Source: Syntrophorhabdaceae bacterium (GTDB lineage: Bacteria; Desulfobacterota; Syntrophorhabdia; Syntrophorhabdales; Syntrophorhabdaceae). From it: a stretch of 64,000 nt of DNA. The notes under the pieces were generated by a model. That model searched no databases, was not told the DNA's origin, and saw only the letters and a program-made list of their open reading frames with translations. The stretch is taken from contig OY762209.1 in NCBI GenBank assembly GCA_963665295.1, forward strand, positions 1,024,001 to 1,088,000, in the 5' to 3' direction. Of this stretch, positions 1 to 10,218 are shown one piece after another. Each line of letters starts with the position of its first letter. The stretch's first letter is position 1. A program made the translations under genes and the position numbers.

Positions 1-338
1 GGCTCATGGTGGGCTTCAAGCGGGTATACAACATCACCAAGGCCCTGAAGGAAGCAGGCGAACCGGACAGGTCCCTCTTCAACCAGCCTGAGGAAGAAGC
101 CCTTTTCAACCTCTACGAGGCAACGAAGGATGCCTTTTTCTCCGCGGTTCAGGAGAGAAGGTATGCGGAAGCCCTCACGGCCCTCGTAGGTTTCAAGGAG
201 ACAATCGACAATTTCTTTGACAAGGTCTTTGTCATGGATAAAGACGATGCAGTAAAGAACAACAGACTCGCCCTCCTCACCAAAATCAGGGACATGTTCC
301 TGCGCTTCGGAGATTTTTCCAAAATTCGCATAGACTAA
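1..338 (+). CDS. glyS: Glycine--tRNA ligase beta subunit, C-terminal fragment (5' end outside window)
   Basis: C-terminal motif 'FKRVYNI...[25 protein letters not shown]...DFSKI'; adjacent to ppdK, a common arrangement. Confidence 0.93.
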   Translation, partial: LMVGFKRVYNITKALKEAGEPDRSLFNQPEEEALFNLYEATKDAFFSAVQERRYAEALTALVGFKETIDNFFDKVFVMDKDDAVKNNRLALLTKIRDMFLRFGDFSKIRID

Positions 339-348
339 GGAGACCCTC

Positions 349-3099
349 ATGACCAAGTACGTGTACCTCTTTGCGGGCAAAAAGGCGGAGGCAGGGGAAA
401 GACTTAGGAATCTCGTGGGCGGCAAGGGCGCGGGCCTCGCCGATATGGTCAACCTCGGAATTCCCGTCCCTCCCGGCTTCACCATAACCACGGAAGCGTG
501 CGTTTATTTCTATCAGCACGACATGGCCTTCCCCGAGGGCTTGAAGGAACAGGCAATTGACAACCTGAAGAAGGTGGAGGAGGCCATGGGCATGACCTTC
601 GGCGACCCCAAAAACCCCCTTCTTTTCTCTGTCCGGTCAGGCGCCAGGGTCAGTATGCCGGGGATGATGGATACGGTGCTCAACCTGGGTCTCAATGACA
701 AGACCGTGAAAGGCCTCGCAAAACTTACAGGGGACGAACGTTTCGCTTATGACTGTTACAGGCGCTTTGTCCAGATGTACGGAGACGTGGTCCTCGGACT
801 CAAACCCGCAGGAAAGGAAGAGCGCGACCCCTTCGAAGACGTGATCGAAGCGAAGAAGAAGGAAAAGAAGGTCACCCTCGATACGGATTTGACGGTGCGC
901 GACCTGAAGGACCTCGTGGCAAGCTTCAAGAAGCTCATAAAGACAGGGCTGAAAGTGAATTTCCCCGAAGACCCCTATGAACAGTTATGGGGCGCCATCG
1001 GCGCGGTCTTCAAATCGTGGAACACCGAGAGGGCCATCACTTACAGAGAGCTTAACAACATACCCGACACGTGGGGGACGGCGGTCAACGTCCAGTGCAT
1101 GGTCTTCGGAAACATGGGCGAAGGCTCAGGCACGGGCGTGGCTTTCACGAGAAACCCCGCCACGGGAGAAAACGCGTTCTACGGGGAATACCTCCTGAAC
1201 GCCCAGGGCGAAGACGTGGTGGCAGGCATAAGGACCCCCCTTCCCATCAATAAGAAACAGAAGACCGACGACTCCATCCGGTCCCTTGAGGAGGCCATGC
1301 CGGACATATACGGCCAACTCATGGATATCCGGAAGAAGCTTGAAGAACGGTACCGGGATATGCAGGACATCGAGTTTACCATACAGAGGGGAAAGCTCTG
1401 GATGCTCCAGACAAGGACGGGCAAGAGGACGGCCTTTGCCGAGTTCAAGATCGCCATCGACATGGTAAAGGAGAAGCTCATCGAAAAGGAGGAGGCCCTC
1501 CTCCGGGTGAAACCCGACCAGCTAAACCAGTTGATGCGGCCCATGTTCGATCCCGAGGAGAAGGTAAAGGCTCTGAAGGAAGGCCGCCTGGTGGCCCGGG
1601 GGCTCAACGCGGGGCCGGGCGCGGCCACGGGAAGGGTCGTGTTTAACGCGGATGACGCGGAAACATGGGCAAGCCGCGAGGAGAAGGTCATCCTCGTCCG
1701 GATAGAGACATCCCCCGAAGACTTACGGGGCATGAATGCTGCCCTGGGCATCCTCACCTCCACGGGCGGCGTGTCGAGTCATGCCGCGCTTGTGGCGCGC
1801 CAGATGGGAAAGATCTGTGTCGCGGGATGCGGAGAACTGGGAATAGACTACAAGAAAAAGACCATCACCTCCAGGGGCCGGGTCATAAAGGAAGGCGATT
1901 TCATCTCCCTTGACGGCACCACGGGCGAGGTCTTTGCAGGTCCCATAATGACCATACCTTCAGAGATATTGAGGGTCCTCGTCGACAAGAGCCTCAAGCC
2001 CGAGGATTCCCCCATTTACCGGGATTTCAGCCTTCTCATGAAATGGGCGGACAAGGCGCGGAAGCTCGGTATCAGGACCAACGCGGATGAGCCGGAGCAG
2101 GCGGAAGTGGCGGTCGCCTTCGGCGCGGAAGGGATCGGCCTTTGCAGGACGGAGCACATGTTCTTTGCAGGAGACCGGATCGACGCGGTGCGGGAGATGA
2201 TCGTGGCAGGCGACATGGAAGGAAGGGTAAAGGCCCTGGCCAAGATCCTCCCCATGCAGAAGAAGGATTTTATCGGCCTCTTCAAGGTCATGAACGGCCT
2301 TCCCGTCACCATCAGAACCCTCGACCCACCCCTGCACGAGTTCCTGCCCCACACGGAAAAGGAGATAACCGACCTCGCGGAGAAGACCGGCACCCCCTAT
2401 GAGACCATCACCGCAAAGATACAGAGCCTCCACGAGGAAAACCCCATGCTCGGCCACAGGGGCTGCAGGCTCGGGATCGTCTTCCCCGAGATCACCGAGA
2501 TGCAGGCGCGGGCCATCTTTGAGGCAGCCTGTGAAGTAAAACAGTCCGGCATTGCGGTCAAGCCCGAGGTCATGATACCCCTTGTCGGCCACGTGGCGGA
2601 GCTTATCCTTCAGAAAGAGGTAGTCGACAAGGCGGCAAAAGAGGTCTTTGCCCGGTACGGCATGGAGATAGAATACATGGTGGGCACCATGATCGAGATA
2701 CCGAGGGCCGCCATCACGGCAGACGAGATCGCGAAGGTTGCCGAATTCTTCTCCTTCGGCACCAATGACCTTACCCAGACGACCATGGGGATGAGCCGGG
2801 ACGACGCGGTGAAATTCCTCAAGTTTTACATTGAGCATTCCATTCTCCCCTACGACCCGTTCCAGCGAATCGACGAGGACGGGGTGGGCAAACTGATGAA
2901 GATAGGCGTGGACCTGGGCAGGAAATCGCGAAAAACCCTCAAGATAGGCATATGCGGTGAGCACGGCGGAGAGCCCAACTCCGTGGAGTTCTGCCATCGT
3001 CTCGGGCTCAATTACGTGAGCTGTTCCCCCTACAGGGTAACCATCGCCAAGCTTGCAGCCGCGAGGGCGGCGATCCAGGACAAGAGGAAGGCGAAGTAA
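349..3099 (+). CDS. ppdK: Pyruvate, phosphate dikinase
   Basis: 916 aa; [41 protein letters not shown] phospho-His motif, [37 protein letters not shown]. Confidence 0.98.
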   Translation: MTKYVYLFAGKKAEAGERLRNLVGGKGAGLADMVNLGIPVPPGFTITTEACVYFYQHDMAFPEGLKEQAIDNLKKVEEAMGMTFGDPKNPLLFSVRSGARVSMPGMMDTVLNLGLNDKTVKGLAKLTGDERFAYDCYRRFVQMYGDVVLGLKPAGKEERDPFEDVIEAKKKEKKVTLDTDLTVRDLKDLVASFKKLIKTGLKVNFPEDPYEQLWGAIGAVFKSWNTERAITYRELNNIPDTWGTAVNVQCMVFGNMGEGSGTGVAFTRNPATGENAFYGEYLLNAQGEDVVAGIRTPLPINKKQKTDDSIRSLEEAMPDIYGQLMDIRKKLEERYRDMQDIEFTIQRGKLWMLQTRTGKRTAFAEFKIAIDMVKEKLIEKEEALLRVKPDQLNQLMRPMFDPEEKVKALKEGRLVARGLNAGPGAATGRVVFNADDAETWASREEKVILVRIETSPEDLRGMNAALGILTSTGGVSSHAALVARQMGKICVAGCGELGIDYKKKTITSRGRVIKEGDFISLDGTTGEVFAGPIMTIPSEILRVLVDKSLKPEDSPIYRDFSLLMKWADKARKLGIRTNADEPEQAEVAVAFGAEGIGLCRTEHMFFAGDRIDAVREMIVAGDMEGRVKALAKILPMQKKDFIGLFKVMNGLPVTIRTLDPPLHEFLPHTEKEITDLAEKTGTPYETITAKIQSLHEENPMLGHRGCRLGIVFPEITEMQARAIFEAACEVKQSGIAVKPEVMIPLVGHVAELILQKEVVDKAAKEVFARYGMEIEYMVGTMIEIPRAAITADEIAKVAEFFSFGTNDLTQTTMGMSRDDAVKFLKFYIEHSILPYDPFQRIDEDGVGKLMKIGVDLGRKSRKTLKIGICGEHGGEPNSVEFCHRLGLNYVSCSPYRVTIAKLAAARAAIQDKRKAK

Positions 3100-3100
3100 G

Positions 3101-3640
3101 ATGCCCCCCGAAAAGGTCCTCCTCCATATATGCTGCGCCCCATGCAGCATATATGTCCTGAGACGGCTCAGGGAGGAAGAGAAGGAGGTCACGGGGTACT
3201 TCTTCAACCCCAATATCCACCCTTACACTGAATTCCTGAAGAGGCTTGCCACCCTGGAAAACTACGCGAAAATATCGCTCCTCCCCCTCATAACGGACAA
3301 AGAGTATGATCTCGAAGGCTTTCTCAAGGGTACCCTCGCGCGGGGCAAGGACCGGTGCCTCTTCTGCTACTCCATGAGACTCGAAAAAGCCTTCGCCAAA
3401 GGAGCCGAACTGGGAGTGGACGCGGTCACCACAACCCTCCTCTACAGCAGGCACCAGCGTCACGCCGATATAAAGGCGATCGCCGGGTATCTTTCCCGCG
3501 CGTATGGCATCCCCTTCCTTTACAGGGACTTCCGGGAGGGCTGGAAAGAGGGGATCGACGCGTCGAAGGCGATCAACATGTACCGTCAGCCCTATTGCGG
3601 GTGCATTTTCAGCGAAAAAGAGCGTTTCGGAGGGAAATAG
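3101..3640 (+). CDS. queH: Epoxyqueuosine reductase QueH (DUF208)
   Basis: LLHICCAPCS, FFNPNIHP, RCLFCY, YRQPYCGCIFS; start set at ATG 3101 just after the ppdK stop. Confidence 0.9.
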   Translation: MPPEKVLLHICCAPCSIYVLRRLREEEKEVTGYFFNPNIHPYTEFLKRLATLENYAKISLLPLITDKEYDLEGFLKGTLARGKDRCLFCYSMRLEKAFAKGAELGVDAVTTTLLYSRHQRHADIKAIAGYLSRAYGIPFLYRDFREGWKEGIDASKAINMYRQPYCGCIFSEKERFGGK

Positions 3641-3643
3641 CCG

Positions 3644-3856
3644 GTGCAGGGCATAGGAAAATTACTCGTAGTCCTCGGCATCGTCATGGTCCTCCTGGGT
3701 CTTGCCTTCATGTTCGGCGACAGGATCCCTTATATCGGGAGGCTCCCCGGCGACATTTTCATCAAAAAGGAGCGATTCAGTCTTTACTTCCCCATCACCA
3801 CGAGCATCGTGATAAGTATTATACTCACCGTACTGTTTTCCATTTTCAGAAAATAA
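3644..3856 (+). CDS. DUF2905 family small membrane protein
   Basis: GRLPGDI...YFPITTSIVISIILT signature; GTG start. Confidence 0.85.
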   Translation: MQGIGKLLVVLGIVMVLLGLAFMFGDRIPYIGRLPGDIFIKKERFSLYFPITTSIVISIILTVLFSIFRK

Positions 3857-3867
3857 GGAGGATTTAA

Positions 3868-4671
3868 GTGAAGAATAAGGTTCTGTCCGCATTGTTTATG
3901 GTTCTGATCATCGGCTTCGTCCTTGGAGGAGCGGCTGACCCCGCGAGAGGGGCGGCTCCCGCCAAAGGCAAAAAGGCAACGAAGGCAGTGAAAGAAGAAG
4001 CCCCGTCCACCCCGACGGCGGAGGAGGAGTTCAAGAAGAGCTTCCCCAACATAAAGTTCGACTCCATGAACCCCACGGCCATAAAGGGCGTCTACGAGGT
4101 AGTGGTGGGCGACAAAGTCGCATACTTTGCCCCGGACCCTGGATACCTCATCGTGGGGGAGATACGGGACAAAAACGGGGTGAGCATCACCGCAAAGAGA
4201 AGGGAACAGCTTACGGCGATAAAGAATGAGGCCGTAGCCGCCAGGGCAAAGAACCTCCCCCTCGACAAGGCCGTCAAGATCGGGGATGGCAAGAACACGG
4301 TCATCGAGTTCACCGATCCCGATTGCCCATACTGCCGGAAGGCGTCGGAGTTCTTGGCGAAGAAGGCCGACCTGACGAGATATATCTTCTTCATGCCCCT
4401 GCCCATGCATCCCGATGCCGCGAATAAGGCAAAATATGTGCTCTGCCAGGAAGACCGGGGCAAGGCGTATGAGGAGGCCATGACAGGCAAACTCGACAGC
4501 AAGAAATACGAGCAGTGCAAGAAGCCCGAGGTGGATGACCTCATGAAACTCTACAAGGAGCAGGCCATGAAGATGGAGATAAACAGCACGCCTTTCTTCA
4601 TAGTGAACGGTAAGGTAATCTCTGGCTTCGACACGCCCCGCATCGAAGAGGCCCTGAAACCAAAACCTTAA
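3868..4671 (+). CDS. dsbC: DsbC-family thiol:disulfide isomerase
   Basis: Signal peptide, N-terminal dimerisation-like segment (IKGVYEV), FTDPDCPYC active site, STP cis-Pro motif; AAGGAGG RBS. Confidence 0.85.
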   Translation: MKNKVLSALFMVLIIGFVLGGAADPARGAAPAKGKKATKAVKEEAPSTPTAEEEFKKSFPNIKFDSMNPTAIKGVYEVVVGDKVAYFAPDPGYLIVGEIRDKNGVSITAKRREQLTAIKNEAVAARAKNLPLDKAVKIGDGKNTVIEFTDPDCPYCRKASEFLAKKADLTRYIFFMPLPMHPDAANKAKYVLCQEDRGKAYEEAMTGKLDSKKYEQCKKPEVDDLMKLYKEQAMKMEINSTPFFIVNGKVISGFDTPRIEEALKPKP

Positions 4672-4689
4672 ACCACAGGGTGAATTCCG

Positions 4690-4728
4690 AAAACCGGCGC
4701 CTCCCTTCCGGAGAAGCGCCGGTTTTTT
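4690..4728 (+). terminator. Rho-independent terminator after dsbC
   Basis: AAAACCGGCGC...GCGCCGGTTTTTT hairpin followed by a T tract. Confidence 0.8.
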
Positions 4729-4856
4729 ATGGGTCCCCCGGTCCCGTGTCGTTTTGTCCGCGCAGGACCTTGACATTTCCCTTGTATCCGGTGTTTTTAG
4801 TCTGAGGCAGTCGCAATTCAACGCCGCCCGCTACGGGCTGGGAGGAGGTTATTTCC

Positions 4857-5684
4857 ATGGGTTTTCTCAGGATCGACGAGGAGAAGTGCAGGAAGGACGG
4901 AATGTGTGCGCGGACGTGCCCGGGAGGCGTCATTCATCTCAAGACGGAGAAAGGCTATCCCGACATGGTCCCGTGGGGCGAAAGCGCATGCACGCGGTGC
5001 GGTCATTGCGTGGCCGTCTGTCCCGAGGGCGCCTTGAGCCATACGAAGATCCCCATGAAGAACTTCCCCGCCATCAGGAACGAGCTTCTTATCAGCGCGG
5101 ACCAGGCCGTGCAGTTCCTGCGGTCCCGCCGCTCGATCCGTCTCTATGAAGACAGGCCCGTGGAAAAGGAGAAGATCCAGGCCCTCATCGAGGTTGCCCG
5201 GTACGCCCCCACCGGGGGCAACACCCAACTCGTGGAATGGGTGGTGCTGAGCGGCAAACCCGCCATCCGCCGCATAGCCGGCCTCGCGGCGGACTGGATC
5301 AGGGACGCCCTGAAAACGGACCCCCAACTGCTCGTCGCCTCCCCATACCTCCCCATGATCGTCAAGGCCTGGGACGAGGGCTCTGACTCCATACTCAGGG
5401 ATGCGCCCGCCCTCGTCGTGGCCTCGGCCCCGAAACAGGCGATAAACGGCATGGTGGACCTCACCCTCGCCCTGTCTTATCTCGATCTCGCGGCCCCTCA
5501 CATGGGCCTCGGCACCTGCTGGGCGGGCTTGCTCCAGAGGGCCCTCCTTAACTCGCCCGACCTCAGGGAGGCCGTGGGCATACCCGTGGACCATCCCCAC
5601 CATTATCCCATGATGTTGGGATACCCCCGGGTGAAATACCACCGTCTCGCTGCCCGGAAGCCTCCGAAGATCACCTTCAGATAG
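4857..5684 (+). CDS. Nitroreductase family protein with N-terminal 2x[4Fe-4S] ferredoxin domain
   Basis: CRKDGMCARTCP and CTRCGHCVAVCP; RRSIR, APTGGNTQ, GLGTCWAG. Confidence 0.9.
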   Translation: MGFLRIDEEKCRKDGMCARTCPGGVIHLKTEKGYPDMVPWGESACTRCGHCVAVCPEGALSHTKIPMKNFPAIRNELLISADQAVQFLRSRRSIRLYEDRPVEKEKIQALIEVARYAPTGGNTQLVEWVVLSGKPAIRRIAGLAADWIRDALKTDPQLLVASPYLPMIVKAWDEGSDSILRDAPALVVASAPKQAINGMVDLTLALSYLDLAAPHMGLGTCWAGLLQRALLNSPDLREAVGIPVDHPHHYPMMLGYPRVKYHRLAARKPPKITFR

Positions 5685-5702
5685 GAAAGGGCGGACCCAA
5701 GG

Positions 5703-5945
5703 TCACGCCGGGGTCTGCTTCGAGGCTTTCTTCCTGTACCTCAGGTAAAGGTCTTCGACCTTCTTTCTCGCCCAGGCCGTTCTCCTCAAGAACCGGAGGC
5801 TGGACTTGATGCTCGGGTCATTGGTGAAACACCTGATATTGATGATCCTGCCCATTTCACTCCACCCGTAATATTCCACAAGCTCGGTGAGGAGCTTTTC
5901 CAGAGTAATGCCGTGAAGGGGGTCGTTGGTATGTTGACTCTCCAT
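5703..5945 (-). CDS. VF530 (DUF2132) family DNA-binding protein
   Basis: [10 protein letters not shown]...YGW...[26 protein letters not shown]; start re-assigned to ATG 5945. Confidence 0.88.
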   Translation of the reverse strand: MESQHTNDPLHGITLEKLLTELVEYYGWSEMGRIINIRCFTNDPSIKSSLRFLRRTAWARKKVEDLYLRYRKKASKQTPA

Positions 5946-6026
5946 ATCTGTCCTGTCGGGATTTTCTCTTATTGTATCACGGCGCGCCCGAAAGGCGGCG
6001 CTTTTGCGCGGCAGGGTAACAAGGCG

Positions 6027-6055
6027 GAGGGTGACCGTCGGGTCACCCTCTTTTT
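6027..6055 (+). terminator. Terminator-like hairpin
   Basis: GAGGGTGACC-GTCG-GGTCACCCTC followed by TTTTT. Confidence 0.6.
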
Positions 6056-6180
6056 CATCATCACCACGGGGTTTTGTCAAAAGAATACATAAGTGGCCAT
6101 GATGTCCCTTGTCCTTTCAATCTCACAAATTCACTCCACACTCCCGTGCCTCGCGGGCCGGTTTCGCGCCGAAAGGCCTT

Positions 6181-9100
6181 TCAAGGCTTAACCTTGAACA
6201 CCTTCCCCGGGGACGTTCCCACGGATGTGGTTACCGTTACCGCGCCGGTGGTGGCGCCTGCGGGGACCGTGCACTTGATCGCCGTCTCCGACCACGAGGT
6301 ATAGGCGGTCACGGCCACGCCGTTGAAACTTACCGTCGATGCGCCCTGGGCCGATCCGAAGTATTTGCCCTTCAAGGTCACCACTGTTCCCACCGTTCCC
6401 GAAGAGGGGGAGACGGAAGAGAGGACGGGAAGGTTCACGGTAAACGTCTTCCCGGGGGACGTTCCCACGGACGTGGTTACCGTTACCGCGCCGGTGGTGG
6501 CGCCTGCGGGGACCGTGCACTTGATCGCCGTCTCCGACCACGAGGTATAGGCGGTCACGGGCACGCCGTTGAAACTTACCGTCGATGCGCCCTGGGCCGA
6601 TCCGAAGTATTTGCCCTTCAAGGTGACCACTGCTCCCACCGTTCCCGAAGAGGGGGAGATGGAAGAGAGGACGGGAAGGTTCACGGTAAACGTCTTCCCG
6701 GGGGATGTTCCCACGGACGTCGTTACCGTTACCGCGCCGGTGGTGGCGCCTGCGGGGACCGTGCACTTGATCGCCGTCTCCGACCACGAGGTATAGGCGG
6801 TCACGGGCACACTGTTGAAACTTACCGTCGATGCGCCCTGGGCCGATCCGAAGTATTTGCCCTTCAAGGTCACCACTGTTCCCACCGTTCCCGAAGAGGG
6901 GGAGACGGAAGAGAGGACGGGGGACTTGGGCACTGCAACGACATCGAACTGCACCTTGACCGATTTGGCCGTCGACAGACTGGTGAGGCACGTGTTGCCC
7001 GAAACCTCGTCGCAGCCTGTCCACCCGGCAACGGCTGAACCTGAATCGGGGATGGCCACGAGGGTTACCGTATTGTCCGAGGTGAAACTGCCGCTACAGA
7101 AAGTGCCGCAATTGATGCCGAGGGGCGTGCTTGCCGCCAAACCCGAGCCTTTGCCTGTCTTTCCTACGGTGAGGGTATTCCACGATACGGGACTGAATTT
7201 TACTACCGCACTATCAGTTGTTCCGTAAATGCTGTTGTAACCGTCCACCGCGAGCCCGTAGATCTTTTGGGACGCATTGCCGGAACGGTATGACCTCCAT
7301 TCAGTAATAAAAGTGCCGTCGGACTTGAATCTGAGAATCCTTCCCTCAATGGTGCTTACAAGAAGGTTGTCGGCCGTATCCACTGAAATCCCCGTGAGGT
7401 AACTATAAAACTGACCCTGTGCCGGAGAGACGGTCCATTTTCCGAGAAAATTGCCGTTCCTATCGAATTTCTGAACGTTGCCCCTCGCGCTGTCAAGGAT
7501 ATACACGCCATTTTTGGAGTCTATGGCGATACCGGTGGGCCAGTAAAATTCGCCGTCGCCTTCACCATACTGGCCCCATGCGAGATAGCTCGAATCGCCG
7601 CCGAATTTTTGTATGCGCGTATTACCGGAGTCGACAACGAAAACGTCCTCCAGGGTGTTCACCGCCACGCCCATGGGATTGGAAAACTGTCCTTCTTCCC
7701 AGCCGTAGCTCCCAAATTCCTCCAGAAACCCGCCCGCAGCGTCAAACACCTGTACACGGCTGTTTCCATAATCGATTGCGTACACATTCCCGGAAGGCCT
7801 CGTCGATATTGCCCAGGGATTGATGAATTCTCCAGGTCCGCTTCCATATTGACCCCACATTCTCACGTAAGCCCCATTATTGTAAAGCACCTGGATCCTG
7901 TGATTGCCCGAATCGGCGACAAAAATCTCGTTGCCTTTTGCCGCAATGCCGAGGGGAGTATAGAACTGCCCGTTTCCCTGTCCGGAGGAACCGGTCTGCC
8001 AGGTTTTCTTGTACCGTGTCACCGGGAATCTCGAATAGTCGGTCTGGACGCCTGTCTTGTTATCTTTTGCACGCCACCGGTACACGCCCTCGCCCTTTGC
8101 CGACGCCGGGGTGAAGACATAATTGAACTGGCCCAGGGTGTCGGCGTTCATCGTAACGCCGGGAGCGCCTGTCCCGTCCGGGTAGAGCATGGAAACGGTA
8201 ACGCTGCCTTTCTGTGAAAACCCTACGCCCGACAGAATGACCGATTGACCCAGATAGCAGCCTGACTGACTCTGGGAAATCTCTGGAGTGGAAGCGTTGA
8301 TAAGCTGACTGAGGCCATAGGGCGCCACGCCCTTCGCCGTATCATCCGTAACATAGAGGCGGCCGTCGCTCGTAAGGGCCATCTGTCTGAAATTGAGGGC
8401 AGCGCCGGAGTTGAAGAACTTCGAAAGATCGAAAGTCCGCTGTTCCTTCGGCTTGTCGGGAAAGGTGTTTTGCCACTCCCGTACGCCGTCGAGGGACGCC
8501 CTTACGTCGGCAAGGACCTGCAACATGCGCTCCTGCTCGGCGCTGGTGGATTGAACAGGCTCGTTCGTGATCTGCTCGAGAGGCACATCGAGGACAAAGA
8601 GGTGGTTGGTCGCCGTGCCTCTTGCCCGGACGCGGTCGATGGCCGACACGTAGGTGTCTATGCTTGAAGCGAAGGCGCTTTTCGAGGAACCGAGGCGGGC
8701 AGGCTCCTTGGGAGTGAGAAGCTTGGGGTAATAGAGTATTATGTTCCTCAACGCCACCAGTTCATCCGCCTCCATCTGAAGACCGTACGCAGCCTGGGGA
8801 ATGTAGATATCGAGGTTGTAGGCAAGAAGCAGTTCGAGGCTTGCCTTCGCCCCGTACAGGGCCGCTCTTATGAGGAGCGCGTCTGCATAATCTATGTTGT
8901 AGGCGGGTCCCGTGGTCTTTAGAGCGTCAGGGTTCATGACGGAAACAAAGTCGATGCTGGTGACCTTGTTGAGGTTTTCTATGGCCCCGTTAATCTCCTT
9001 GAGCGCCTTGTTGTTCAGGAAGTCCAGAATATCGCCCGACTTCGGGGTGGTAGTCGCCAACTGCTCGGGGCTCTTCGAAATGACCGTATTGTACACGCCA

Positions 9101-9465
9101 TATTCGGAGAAGGTAAATCCCGAAAGCTCCGCGATCTCCCGGATGCTGTCGAGACCGGGCGTACTTTTTTCCTGCCCCTCTTCATAGACCGCCATAACCC
9201 TTGTGACGCCGTAGAGCATCTGGGCCTCCTGGCTGGTCGGGTCCGTTGTTACCGCTTCCAGGAATTTCGCCTTGGCGGTGAGCACATCATGGTTGTAAAG
9301 GGCGATCTTCCCTTCATTGATAAGCGAAGAGACGTCCGCCGACCTGGAAGGAGCCCGCTTTCCCTGGGAAATGAATCCAAGGGGCTTTGTAAAAACGAAA
9401 GTGGAGATGCCGAAAATTCCTAGAATGAGGATGCCGATGAATAACCCTGCCCTTTTCCTGTTCAC
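6181..9465 (-). CDS. Large exported/surface protein: helical N-terminal region, NHL-repeat beta-propeller, InlB-B-like repeat, three IPT/TIG domains
   Basis: N-terminal hydrophobic helix; NHL motifs (GQFYTPLGIA..VADSGNHRIQV, GQFSNPMGVAV..DSGNTRIQKF); 'GINCGTFCSGSF..VTLVAIPDSGS..GWTGC'; 3x 'SPSSGTVGTVVTLKGKYFG..WSETAIKCTVPAGATTGAVTVTT'. Confidence 0.85.
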   Translation of the reverse strand: MNRKRAGLFIGILILGIFGISTFVFTKPLGFISQGKRAPSRSADVSSLINEGKIALYNHDVLTAKAKFLEAVTTDPTSQEAQMLYGVTRVMAVYEEGQEKSTPGLDSIREIAELSGFTFSEYGVYNTVISKSPEQLATTTPKSGDILDFLNNKALKEINGAIENLNKVTSIDFVSVMNPDALKTTGPAYNIDYADALLIRAALYGAKASLELLLAYNLDIYIPQAAYGLQMEADELVALRNIILYYPKLLTPKEPARLGSSKSAFASSIDTYVSAIDRVRARGTATNHLFVLDVPLEQITNEPVQSTSAEQERMLQVLADVRASLDGVREWQNTFPDKPKEQRTFDLSKFFNSGAALNFRQMALTSDGRLYVTDDTAKGVAPYGLSQLINASTPEISQSQSGCYLGQSVILSGVGFSQKGSVTVSMLYPDGTGAPGVTMNADTLGQFNYVFTPASAKGEGVYRWRAKDNKTGVQTDYSRFPVTRYKKTWQTGSSGQGNGQFYTPLGIAAKGNEIFVADSGNHRIQVLYNNGAYVRMWGQYGSGPGEFINPWAISTRPSGNVYAIDYGNSRVQVFDAAGGFLEEFGSYGWEEGQFSNPMGVAVNTLEDVFVVDSGNTRIQKFGGDSSYLAWGQYGEGDGEFYWPTGIAIDSKNGVYILDSARGNVQKFDRNGNFLGKWTVSPAQGQFYSYLTGISVDTADNLLVSTIEGRILRFKSDGTFITEWRSYRSGNASQKIYGLAVDGYNSIYGTTDSAVVKFSPVSWNTLTVGKTGKGSGLAASTPLGINCGTFCSGSFTSDNTVTLVAIPDSGSAVAGWTGCDEVSGNTCLTSLSTAKSVKVQFDVVAVPKSPVLSSVSPSSGTVGTVVTLKGKYFGSAQGASTVSFNSVPVTAYTSWSETAIKCTVPAGATTGAVTVTTSVGTSPGKTFTVNLPVLSSISPSSGTVGAVVTLKGKYFGSAQGASTVSFNGVPVTAYTSWSETAIKCTVPAGATTGAVTVTTSVGTSPGKTFTVNLPVLSSVSPSSGTVGTVVTLKGKYFGSAQGASTVSFNGVAVTAYTSWSETAIKCTVPAGATTGAVTVTTSVGTSPGKVFKVKP
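6193..6921. repeat. Three near-identical 246-bp tandem copies encoding IPT/TIG domains
   Basis: Equivalent positions at 6202, 6448 and 6694 (period 246); few substitutions between copies. Confidence 0.95.
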
Positions 9466-9482
9466 TTTATTTCCCCCCTTTA

Positions 9483-10046
9483 TTAAGTGTGGGAACCGGC
9501 GCCCCTGATAGGCAAAAGGTTCCCTTCCATTTCAACCACGCCGGTCTCAAGATGTATGAGCGCTCTTTGCGCCTGGTGAAGCCTTTTATCGTTAATGGTC
9601 ACTTCCACGTCTCCCTTCAGAAAGATCGGAGAAGCGTCCGTAAGCCCCCAGACCGCCTCCTTCGCGCTGAACTTCAGGACCCCTTCCCTGAAGGTGTATG
9701 TGCCTTTCACGTTCTCAAAACAATTGTCTTTCACCACGGTTGTGCGCACCCCCAGAAACTTCTTGCCCCTCCTGACCAGACGCTTACCCTCGAATCGAAG
9801 CGATTTCTCACCCGACTCCTGGTTTATGCGGTAATCGTCTATCACGGCCTCTACATCCAAAGGCAGGCTTATGGTGCGTGCGGCGTGAGGTTGACCGTGC
9901 ATCCCGCGGAAGGTGCAGAAGTATGCGACAGAGCAGATGAGGACGACGGCGAAACACCCGGACGAAATCAGCGCCGCTTTCCTGCCCGCCGGCAACCCTT
10001 TTACAAAGGCAGACAATCTTCGGAGTCCGGTTTCGGTCATTGCCAT
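9483..10046 (-). CDS. Hypothetical membrane-anchored protein, beta-rich (weakly LptC/OstA-like)
   Basis: 187-aa ORF directly upstream of, and co-oriented with, the surface-protein gene; one TM segment followed by alternating beta-strand-like sequence. Confidence 0.55.
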   Translation of the reverse strand: MAMTETGLRRLSAFVKGLPAGRKAALISSGCFAVVLICSVAYFCTFRGMHGQPHAARTISLPLDVEAVIDDYRINQESGEKSLRFEGKRLVRRGKKFLGVRTTVVKDNCFENVKGTYTFREGVLKFSAKEAVWGLTDASPIFLKGDVEVTINDKRLHQAQRALIHLETGVVEMEGNLLPIRGAGSHT

Positions 10047-10218
10047 ATGATCTTCATATTCCCCTATAAAATACGGAGCGTACCTGGGTCAATAAAACCC
10101 TCTGGTGAGGCGTCAAAGATGCGAAATCATCAACAGAATAGAACATTTTGTTCGGGAAAGTAAACAGTTTTTCAAGGAGAACCTCTCTATGGCGGCCGGC
10201 GATGGCCGACAGTTTTCC

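Noticed and set aside
1141..1156. parS-like GCTTTCACGAGAAACC in ppdK
   Set aside because: Only 12/16 match and explained by the conserved AFTRNP coding motif
1960..3213. Long antisense ORFs (also 18227-19930, 33961-35313, 37640-39208, 38953-40398)
   Set aside because: Shadows of well-supported genes on the opposite strand in GC-rich DNA; no recognisable motifs
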